Position numbers and translations under genes: made by a program. The notes under the pieces are model-generated. The model searched no databases, was not told where the DNA came from, and saw only the letters and a program-made list of their open reading frames with translations. From the NCBI GenBank assembly GCA_036172245.1, contig JAYWIR010000030.1, forward strand, positions 372,001-436,000: 64,000 nucleotides of DNA. The letters run 5' to 3'. Shown one piece after another: positions 52,943 through 64,000 of the stretch; position 1 is the stretch's first letter; the number at the start of each line of letters is the position of its first letter. The stretch is from Raillietiella orientalis (lineage: Eukaryota).

Positions 52943-55900
52943 ATCTTACTTCATCAGCAGAAAACATGAAATCAACAAAGGAAATGAGATTGTCCTTCAA
53001 AGACGATGAAGAAAAGCTAACAGGTGTATCTTCTGTTGATGCTAGTGGAATTGGATCTTCTGTTGGCCATGTAAGCACATCTATGATTCTTTCATTATCT
53101 TGGAAGAAATGTTTCCTGGCAGAAATACAAAGATTTAAAAAAAAAAAAAATTATTTCATAAATGCTCATTTTAAAAAATTGTTTGTTCTGTTCTATTTCC
53201 TGTTGTTTTCTTGTTGGGAAATACATATTATATTATATATTTTCTTTCTAAGTGCTGACATTGCAAAATCATTCATCTCTAATATGCATAAGTGCTTGAA
53301 TGAAGTACATGACAAAGACTTAGAGTCAGTTGGAAAGATTTGAAATTATTGAGTTTTTGGTGATCTTTCCATTGGAGTTTTCGTTTTTTTGAGGACTTCC
53401 TGGACTGTTTACCAAGTAACATGAATTGTTTCCATCATGTGGAATTTGTCTAAACACTTTACAAGATTATTATGTAATATTGGAAATTTAAAAAGCCAAT
53501 TTAAAACTTCGATTCATTAGAATTGAAGGAACATTCATTAGAATTTCATTTATTTTATATGATGAACTGCACAAATTCACAAATTAGTATTGCCTTATTT
53601 TTAGGACATACCTGGAAAAAAAGTGAAAATAGACAATAGCAGTGCAAATGAAGATTCATCAACATATCACCGAAAGAACATAAGAAAAGTAATGAGTCAG
53701 GAAGACTTAGACTCTCAAACAAAAATGGCCCAAGAGGAGGAATGGCAAAGAATGCAAAGAATTTATGAATCTCAAAAGCGAATTAAAGATCAGAAATCCT
53801 TGGTTGAAGAGCAACAAAAAATTATAATGGCAAAAATAGCAGCACAAAGGCAGCTCCATGTAAGTGAAACTCCAACTGCCTTTGCAAATTTTTCTTGCAG
53901 CATCTTTGTAACTTTTGTAATCTTTTGTAACTTTAATTTTGTAACTTTCTTTTATAAATATGTGAATGCAGTAAAATGCAGTACTTTAATGAGTGGAGTG
54001 AATATTTTTGTTTCAACAAAAAAAGTACAAAATAATTGTGGAAAATATAAGGGATTCAGTATTAGGAGTTAGACTTTTTTGTGAATGCAATAATAAAAAT
54101 ATAGTGTAGCAAGATTATTATCAAGTAGAAAGCAGAATTCAGGACTGCTTTATACATTACTAAGATATGAAACATGAAACATGTTTGGTGTTTAACAACT
54201 GGATTGGACTCAGAGCATAAAGACATTATATTTTGATTTATATCACATTGCTTTGTTGTTTCCATTACGTAAATTTCGATTTTTATAGTAGTTCTATTCT
54301 TGAATAAAAGAAATAATATCATGACTGACGTAATTTTGTTTGCATCCAGAACTAAATAGTATTGGATTTTGTATATAACTGAAATTATTTGTTCTCATAT
54401 TTCTCAGTCAAGCTTAAAGGCTGCTCAACCATGTGAAGAAGTCATAATTTCAAGTGATGATGAAGATACGGGTTTTGCTTCAGATCAGAAGAAAGCAGAA
54501 CAATCTTCAAGAGAAGCTGGTATTCAATTCATCTTGATAATTTTGTTTAATGTCTTTTGTGGACTTAAAATTGTTTCATTTTCTGTAATTGACAGTGTAC
54601 TACAGCATTTTTTGAGAATAATCTAACGTTTAAATTTTGTTTAAGGGCATTTAGTTTTATCTAGAGCTTTTAAGTTACCTTAAAAACTTACAAGATGTTT
54701 GCATTACGTTTTTTGTGTGTATGTTTCTTTAATGCACCACAAATTAATCACGAGAGTTTTTATTTCTAAAAATATCTTGGTGCTCATAGTCAATATTTGA
54801 GATTCAAACAATGTAGTCATTTTTGAAAGTTTGTACATTCATTTCTGAAAAATAGCAATTTTAAATTCAAATGTATATACTTCAAGCATCAACTGTGCAC
54901 TTTAGTTAATATTATAATTAAGGTATTCAATTAAAAAAGTTTTCAAACAGTGAAACAGTTTGCGAGTATTTTCAGAGAGTTTGAAGTATGTTTTTGTCAT
55001 GTGTTCTGCATGTGTGTTCTCTTTAAAGTATAATGATAACAATGTTTTTTAAATTAGATATCATAGCAATTATGAGCACATCAAGTGAAGAAGATGATGA
55101 TGATGTTGTATTGTTATCAGAATTCAGCAGTGGGAACCAAGAAGAAGATTATAACAATTCCGGAATCCATTCTAACGATTGTTTCAATGTGCCTGATGAT
55201 AAGGGAAGAGTTTTGATAAATGTCGGTCATCCTTACCCTGATCCTGATATATATTTAGCAGAACAAATAGCTCAAGTAGTTAAACCACATCAAGTAATGT
55301 TTTGATCCATTTTGTGATTTTGATGACTCATTTGTAATAGCAGCACTCCATTTTTTTTTCTTTTCTTTTTTAAAGGATACAGCATTAAGTGATGAAAGAA
55401 TGTGGTGCAGCAACTTCTCTCTTTATTGTGAAATAGTGAAGAATGATTGTAGATGAAAATGTTTTTAAAAAATGAATACTATTTAGTGCACTGTTTGTGC
55501 ATTCTTAAGTGAAATTATGCTCATATCATTTTTATTAAAATACTGATATAATTGACATCATAAACAGTCAGTAGTTTATGTCAGTAGTTTAATGATTTTA
55601 TGATTTAGTTTTTAAGAAATGGATTAAATACTGGCTCCCTGATTATTAGTTTTTTAAAGAATGTTTTAAGACTTATTACTAGATTTCTAGTTTTTTGTTT
55701 CAGAACTTCAATTTTTGTACAAATACCTGGATTTAATCTTTTCTGCCTATATTCATTCTTAGTATATTTAAGCTTTAATGGTTTCAGATTGGTGGAATTC
55801 GCTTTATGTATGACAACATTGTGGAATCTTTGGAGAGATTCGAATCTACTTCAGGATTTGGTTGTATTTTAGCACATTCCATGGGGCTTGGAAAAACATT

Positions 55901-58900
55901 GCAGGTGAACTGTTATTTTTGTTGGTCTTACCTGGAAGTTTTCAATTGAGAATTCAACATTCGATTAAGAATTTAAAGTATTTAATGTTCCCCATGTTTG
56001 TAAATTTAAAGATTACATAAATTTAAAACAAACTAGTTGGGCTTACTATTCTTTTTATCCAGTTGTCATTCATTTGTTAAGCATCTTTAACCACAGAAAA
56101 TCATACAAAAAATTACTAATTGTGGTTGTAGAACTTTATTTCATATATGATATACAAATTGTTTTGAGATTGTGTTATAGAAAGTTTTTGCTTTAATACA
56201 ACTTTTTATTAAGTAATCTCGTGATGCTTGCATTTAGTAAGAAAAAAAAGCTGTGAATTATTGACATCCTAGAAACTAAAAGTATTTTTATCATTTGCAT
56301 ATTTAGTATTTTTTTTTTGTTCTGTTATGCTTAGGCTTTGCTTTGATTTTCTGTGCAAGCATTGAGTTCATTAGTTTTATCGCAGAATAACTGAGAATGT
56401 ATTCCATTATATTTGATTAAGGACATCATGGAGTTCCTATCCATCTTGTGTTGCAATTGTTTGAACAGTGCATCCTTTGTAACTGATTTATAATTAGTGT
56501 TCTTATTGCTACAGTCCACACCATTTTACTGCACCATTATCTGTGTCCCTGCCAATGAGAATGAAAGAACCAAACAAGGTGTTGAAACATGAAAAATACT
56601 GGAATAATAATATAAGAGTACTCTGGTGTTTAATCTCAGATATTACTTATTTATATTTGACATATTTAAGAAGAAATAAAGTCTGCCTCAAAATAGGAGT
56701 AATGGATTTATGCATCTATTTGGTTGACATGCATTTCTAATTTCCAGGTTAGATGTGCATTGAATTAGATTTCTTTTAGATTATATGATTAACATTTAAA
56801 CTTCAGATCTTGCAAAAGTGATAAAGCACACTAGTTTTCAGTATTCTGTTTGTTTTTGCTTTTGAATGATAAAGATCATTGTGGATATTGGAAAATTATA
56901 TTGCAAATTCCAAGTATGAAATTCTGTTATTCATATAATTATTCGCTATAGTAACGGATGTATTGTTACATGATAATATATTAGAAGATGAAGAGAAAAT
57001 TCTCAGAGTGGAGAACCAAAATGGACGAGAGAACTGCATCCGATGAAGATTAGAAAAAAGAATGAAGGCAGGTAAAAGTATTTGGATGTACAAAGATTGG
57101 ATATAAATCTGAAGAACAAAATTTAGAAGTCAAAGTAGAAAGGATTAAAAATAGGAATGTATTAAAAGTAGATACATGAACATGCAAGTTATTAATCAGT
57201 AGGAACTATCTAAAAGTAGAATTCAGTGTTTAAATGGTTTGACTTTTACTGTTATGTATTTCGCTCTTTCTGGTTACATGAAAGAAACTGACAATGTATG
57301 ATCACCTGTTTGTTTTTGGCATGTGAAAATGTTATTGCTCAATACTAATCTTGAAACAAGTAAGGATCTTTAATGACTTTTACAACCAACTTTGAAGTGC
57401 ATTGGTTTCAGAATTGATTCTAAAACACCAATCTTATGAGTTTTAAGAACGTGTGTAAAATAAATGACAGAAACAGTGCATGAATGAAAAGTATCCCTTA
57501 AGCAAGTAAATTTCTCTTTTCTGAACCTTTGAATTAAGCAACGTTTTTGAAGTCGATCCGACTGCTCCGAATGAACTTAAACCTCAGAAAAACGTTGCTA
57601 ATGAAAAATACATTAATCTCGCAGAATGAGAAGATTTTGCTGAGGAAAAAAGGTCCATTATTGAGACTGTTTTTACATTTACTGAACCAGAGTCAATAGA
57701 CTTCATTAGAAAAGCATTGAATATAAAGGATGGATCACAAGAAAATGAAATAAGGAATCTAGCGGCGACACTACAGCATTTTCCTTTAGCCCTGCAGCAA
57801 TTTACTTAGCTAAAGTCAGTGCGACTTTTCTCCTGACAGTTTACAAAATTTATTTAACAGAATGCAAGGTTACATCAATATTTACTTTGGCTAACGTTTC
57901 AACAACTGTCTTTTACGGATTGTGGTCCTCCAGAGAAAATAAACCTTAGAATTTCGATATTGTTTCAAAACTGATGTTGCTTGGGAATATCTTACAATAA
58001 ACACCGATTTCCCTTATTCACTCCTTGCTTATAAACATAAAGTGATCTTTAACATGTCAAGTTTGGACTTTAATACACAGTGGTGTGGAAGGCAAAATCC
58101 AATTAAATCGACAAGCCTTAAAAACAAAAATCAAGTATTCAAGTTTGCCTTAGAAACAATGCATAAATGATCGTAAGCTACATTAGCGTTACAAACTTAA
58201 TGCAGGTTGAAAATATATTTGATGAAAAGATTTGTTCCATGTCATTCTTCAGCAGCACCAGCAGCAGAAAACAGCTTATGGCACCATCATCTCAAACTCT
58301 TAGAAATCCTAGTGAAAATTCTCATCTATGCTTTTAAAAGTGTTTTTATGCTATTTCATCTGAAGGGATCTGATATTTGATCCATATGATGTTTTTCTGC
58401 ATTTGATTTATGTAGAGATGGGCAATCAGTGTTACAATCCGTTGTTTTTTGAGATGTCTTGTTTATTCAAGAAGAAAGTGTAGGTACTATTCGGGTACTG
58501 GGGAGACTTTTGAGCAGGTTTTGCAAGTGTCATACAATCTCAAGAAATGAACTCATTGCAGGTGGTATGGAAGGTATACCAAAAGTAATCTTGGAACAAG
58601 ATGGCTTTCCATTCCATTCTTTTAACAATGCAGTTGCACACGCTGCCCATTATTTTAATAAAGCAGACTAATTGTCAGCTTTTCCTAAATAGAGGACAGT
58701 GGATAATGGGTTTCTTAGTTGAACTGCAAGTCCCTTGGATGAACTTTCTCTTGAATTCCTTGAAAGCAAAAGGTCCACATTACAAGATCTTTCCACTTTT
58801 CTTAGAGCTAAATATCTGAAGAGAGAGATTTATAAGGCCTTAACAGTAGCTGACCCACCCAATCAGAACTGCTGGTTGGATTGGTGTTAACTTCTCTTTG

Positions 58901-61900
58901 ATGCTTGCAGCAGGACTGGAGTACAATACTATAGATGACTGCAGAGGTTGCCCAAAGTTTTTGAGTTCATCTTTTAGATTGGATTCAAGATTGGCTTGTA
59001 TTGTTTGATTGTTTGCACATTGTAGATGGTGACCATTTTTCTATTCCAATTTCTTGATTTAAAAAAAGAAAAATTCTGCCCAGATGTTAGTTTAGTTTGT
59101 TATTACAAAAGTCTAATCAGGCTTTGTGAAGATTATGAAGAATTTAATCTGAACATGTTAAGTTAATAGTAATTTGAAGTTGTCATCAGCTACTTAATAG
59201 TTAGATTTTATATTATGCTATTAATAAATTAGCCTATTCTTCTCATAATGGGCTAATTGATTACTTGATCATTATCCACATGATGTCAAGTAATTTGTTG
59301 AGAAACTTGAAAGTAATCAAAGATTTGGTATATTTAGTTATTTATTTTTTTTTTTGTTTTTAATGTTGGGGAATTGTTTTATTATTTTATAAAATTTGTT
59401 CTCAAGAAGACACTCATTGGACAAGAGCATATTTCCATTTTAAGGTGATTGGATTCGTAGATGTATTCTTGCAATATACTTCTGCAAAGACTGTTTTAAT
59501 AATTGTGCCAATCAATACAGTGCAAAACTGGGTTACCGAATTCAATTTGTGGTTACCTTTTAAAAGATATTCATCAGAAGTTCTTTTTACAAGATCATTT
59601 GCACTACATGTCCTAAATGATTTGCATAAGACTCATGAAAGTCGACTGAAGGTACGTACCACCAAAAACCTATAATTTAGATCTGTAAATTATTCATTTG
59701 TCAAGGAAAGACATTAATTACATTATCACTAAGAATGCTGATCTGCCTTGAGGATTAAGATGTTATTGTAACATTTTTATATCTGATTTTCATGTTTTTA
59801 TAGTAATCTTAAACATTTCCTCAAATTTATGTTAGGTCATCTCTGACTGGATTCAAAATGGAGGTGTTTTACTGATAGGCTATGAGATGTATCGTTTGCT
59901 TACATCATCCAAGTTGAATAAGAGAAAAAAAGCTTTAGCGAGTCAGCATAAAATTCTGGAAAATAGTGCAGATCATGATTTTTATTTGCAAGGTAGGTAG
60001 ATAATTATTTTCATGAGCTGATGTATTTTTGGCCCAATAAATTTCTTAAGCAGTTAACTGTAATGTGTTGCAGAAATGAAAAGAGCTCTGAATCAACCTG
60101 GCCCAGATTTAGTTATCTGTGATGAAGGTCATAGAATCAAAAATTGTCATGCCTCTATATCTCAGACATTGAAAAATATTCGCACAAAAAGAAGAATTGT
60201 TCTCACAGGATATCCTCTGCAGAATAATCTGTTAGAATATTGGTGCATGATAGATTTTGTTCGCCCTAATTTTCTTGGAACTCGTTCCGAATTTTCTAAT
60301 ATGTTTGGAAGACCTATTCAAAATGGACAGTGTGTTGATAGTACCCCAACTGATATACGTCTAATGCGTTTTCGTGCACATGTTTTGCACTCTGTACTAG
60401 AGGGTTTCGTGCAAAGGTACTTTGATTTCATGTCATTCCGTAAATTTGTACCATTGTTCAATAAACTTGAAAATCACATTTCAAATAGTGTGCAGTTTGT
60501 TTGGAATAATTTCTTTTCTGAGAAGGGGTTTATTTCATGCAAACCTTAAGTTTGAAAATTTTTTTTGGTTGTTCTTAGGAGAGGTCACAATGTTTTGCAA
60601 ACTGATCTTCCATGCAAAGAAGAATGGGTAATTCTGGTGAGAATGACACCTTTGCAGAGAAAACTATACAGAGCATTTATGGATTATGCATATAACACAT
60701 ACTCCTCCTTTTCAAATCCTTTAAAAGCATTCGCTGTGTGTTGCAAGGTAACAAAAAATCAAATTAATCGTGAAATCGGATTGTTTTTCCAGATTTGGAA
60801 TCATCCCGACGTCTTGTTTCATTTTTTAGAAAAAAGAGATGAAGATTTAGATTTAGAATTGGAAGAAGTTAGAGAAAAGAAAAAGAAAGAAAATGCTAAT
60901 AACAGTACGATTTATCCTTTTTATTTGGACTTGAATCCGACAGTGTAACTTTTCTATGTGGTAATTTAAACTCAAAATTACGCTCATTTTTCTGATGAAT
61001 GTAATTTTGAATTTTTTTTTCTTCTATTTCTTCTGAGAGGAGTATAGATTTCATGTGTAAGAAAACAGTGTCCCTTTGTGATCATTATTAATTTGTTGGA
61101 TGTTTATTTATCCTTCTCCATGGTACTATGTTTCCTTATCATTTATTTATTTTACATATACCTGAAAACAGGTCAAGTTTTTTAATTTAGAGTTTAAAGC
61201 GAGTAGAGTGTAAGTCTTTTTAAATGCATCAAGCTGCTAATTAAATTGTCCTTAGAACTGTTGTCTTTGGTGTTTTATGAACTTTTCATTTTATCATTGG
61301 TAAATGTGTATTTTCCTTGATTTCCTTGCTACATATATAAAATGTATTTTTTTTTCCCCATTTAAAGATGCAGAAGACACAGGAATGAAGCCACACAGTA
61401 AGAAAAACAAAACCAGTGCTTCATCAGTTAAGGAAAGGAATGATTTACAAATATCATATGACTGGGTAAATCGGTGATACTGTCAAAATATTTTTCAAAT
61501 GAAAGGGCAGGCCCTTGATTTGTTTAAGGGACATAAAACCGGATTGATTGAAAATTCAGCAAAAATGGAAATTGCTTTTGATATCATTAAAGCAAGTTTG
61601 GAACTTGGCGATCGCATATTATTGTTTAGTCAGAGTCTGCTTACTCTTAATTTAATAGAAAGTTTTCTCCAGAAAATAAATATTCCTGGAAAAGAAGAAA
61701 AGTGGGTTAAAAATTCCAGTTATTTTAGTAAGTGTTATAAATAGACAATATGGTGATAAAATATTGGTTTTGTTCACATTGTACCTAGCCTCATTCATTC
61801 AATTTATTTCTTATCAAAAACGAATGCAATTATTCCTTAAAATCATTTTCTTAAGTGCTTCAATAAAAGTTTTATAAAACTTTTGTCACACAGAAAAGTA

Positions 61901-64000
61901 ACAAAAGTTATGTATGCTAACAAGCATTTGGATCAAGTCATCAGGAATGATTTTTGTGGACCGATTTTTTTGTGTTCAGTTTTTAAATGCCGAATGTGAG
62001 AAATGATCATTGTGTACTTTAATAACTACGTGTTAAAAACAAAAGTATGCATGTAGAAAATCAGTTAGATTTGATTAAAGTTCATTTTAGTGAGGAACAA
62101 AACTCGTTTTGTGCACTTAGTGAATAAATATTTTATCGTACTATTACAAACCCAAGATTGATTTGACTGCATACGTTTCATTTGCGTATCTAGTTTCAGT
62201 TTAGGCCAGACGGCCTAAACAGAAACAAGTATTCTGCTATAGAAAGGTGGATTTTATACGAAAACGGTTTTCTTGATGTTTGCTTCATCCTTTCTTTTTT
62301 TTTGTTAAGTGGCCCCTGATTCAAGCAAAGTTTTTGTTTCTTTTTTTTCTTCTTTCACTAATGCATTTTTTGTGTGATTATTATGTGAAACTTCATTTGT
62401 CCTTGGTTAGATGTTTATGAAACTATCTTCAGCTGCTTTTAGAATGTATTCATAAGTTTAAAAAATGATTTTTTAATGTTGCATATTGTATTTAAGTGAA
62501 TCAGTAACAATGGTAAACATACATCTTCATTCTAAAATAATTTCAGCAGCTTTAGCATAGACATGAAATTTTTCTTTGCACATAATAAGGATTTTATTTC
62601 TTTTGTGACTTAGTTCCTTCTCATGCAAATTTCAAAATTTCTGTAAGTATATAATTGAGTGAAAAATGTTAATGAGAGCTATAGAAGGATTTAATTTATT
62701 ATTGGTAACTTATTTGTGATTTTATTCTCTCTTTATTTGATCACAAGTAGACGGAGAAGTCATTTTAAAGAAAATATATTTTAATTACCTTATTACTTCC
62801 AGAATTGTATTCATTTAGTGATCCCTTGGCACAAGTCTGCAGTAATTTAAAAATTGTTCCCCATAAAATAAAGCAACAAAATTTGTAAAGGGATACCTCT
62901 GAATTTTAATTTGTATATCTAGTAAAAATAATTAATAAACAGACGCATAGCAACAGATAACTTCTTCAACAGATTTGTGTTTGCCTGTTTCCACCTTGCT
63001 CCTCCTCTCCTATTGCTCGAGTATGTCAATATGTGTAAACTTTAGTTTTATTTCCATTATTGCTAGTAGCCCATATTAAAATGAATAGTGAGAGTTTTGT
63101 GTGTGTGTGTGTGTGTTTTTTTCTAAGAATAGCATACAAAAGAAGTGAAAGTTCAAAAAGTTGTAACAGAATTGCCCCTATAGACAGAAAATGACTGAAG
63201 TTCAGCATATATCAGGAATCATATATCAGTTTCATCAGGTTTATGTTTTGCTAAATACAAAAAAGTCAATAAGACACCAAATTATAATAAATGGGATGAA
63301 ACTAGCTTTTCATCAAAAATGCACACAGCTGTAAAGAGCTTTCAGATCAAGTTTAAATGTGAAAAATTACAGGAGTAAGGTTCATTGTTATAATTGGGTC
63401 TTCTCAAATTAGGTCAATCAGAATCTGCGATGTGTATTTGTATTTACAACTGTTTTTTATGCATTCCAAGAAATGCAAGTTTTAAATTTGATGATTTTTT
63501 CAAGGACTTGATGGGAGCACCACTGCTATAGAAAGAGATAAACTTGTTAATGAATTTAATAAGAATCCAGAAATCCTGCTATTTCTTATATCTACTAAAG
63601 CAGGCAGCCTGGGCATAAATCTGATTGGTGCCAATCGTGTTATTGTGTTTGATGCCTCATGGAATCCATGTCATGATGCACAGGCTGTTTGCCGTGTTTA
63701 CAGGTATACAAAGGGCAGTTGGAATTTTCACAGACAAAAACATGCACGTAGGTATGGTCAAGCAAAAGAATGCTTTGTTTATCGATTGGTTACGGACTGT
63801 TGTTTGGAAAAGCGCATTTATGATAGACAGATAAACAAGCAGGGAATGGCTAACAGAATTGTAGATGAACTCAATCCAGATCTCCTCCTGTATATGAAAG
63901 ATGTCACTACATTACTGAATCCGAGTGATGATGATCCTCCTCCTTTTTGCTTGAGTTCATGTCATGAAAACTATTCCGATAGTATTTTGAGAGGAACTTT
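52943..64000 (+). CDS. RAD54L2: SNF2-family helicase ARIP4 (RAD54-like 2); 3' end outside the window, true 5' end uncertain
   Basis: Exons 52943-53070, 53605-53859, 54408-54519, 55058-55293, 55788-55904, 59445-59651, 59836-59992, 60074-60416, 60579-60747, 60793-60904, 61368-61465, 61511-61727, 63505-63703, 63752-end splice in frame. Motifs: [118 protein letters not shown]. Confidence 0.96.
57636..57800 (+). pseudogene. Fragment resembling Wolbachia-type NB-ARC/TPR proteins, inside an ARIP4 intron
   Basis: Translation [55 protein letters not shown]. The [10 protein letters not shown] variant of the GLPLA motif, preceded by F..E...FI.KALNI, is what I recall from Wolbachia NB-ARC-TPR/ankyrin proteins. 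Confidence 0.7.

Overview
Intron-containing genomic DNA from an invertebrate animal, probably an ecdysozoan (arthropod or basal-nematode-like; the taxon cannot be fixed from sequence). Four conserved housekeeping genes can be rebuilt exon by exon: METTL13/eEF1A-KNMT (849-3454, +), VCP/p97 (37465-41381, -), LEPROT/Vps55 (41547-42709, +, head-to-head with VCP) and RAD54L2/ARIP4 (from about 52943, +, running off the window). A small RFamide neuropeptide precursor lies at 6115-6456 (-). The ~30 kb from about 6.8 to 36.9 kb holds no recognisable host gene. It consists of decayed non-LTR retrotransposons (L1/Tx1-like, I/Jockey/CR1-like, RTE-like), a deleted mariner, and two diverged copies of a GC-rich repeat carrying many UNCG-tetraloop hairpins. 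Most notable are two pseudogenised fragments that look bacterial (Rickettsiales/Wolbachia-like: a FabK/nitronate monooxygenase at ~49.1-49.7 kb and an NB-ARC-type fragment in an ARIP4 intron), the PLRFamide precursor, 42-58 nt introns whose acceptors bypass nearer AGs, a 29-bp hairpin, and CpG depletion largely confined to gene bodies. Family assignments come from manual motif recognition; no database search was run.
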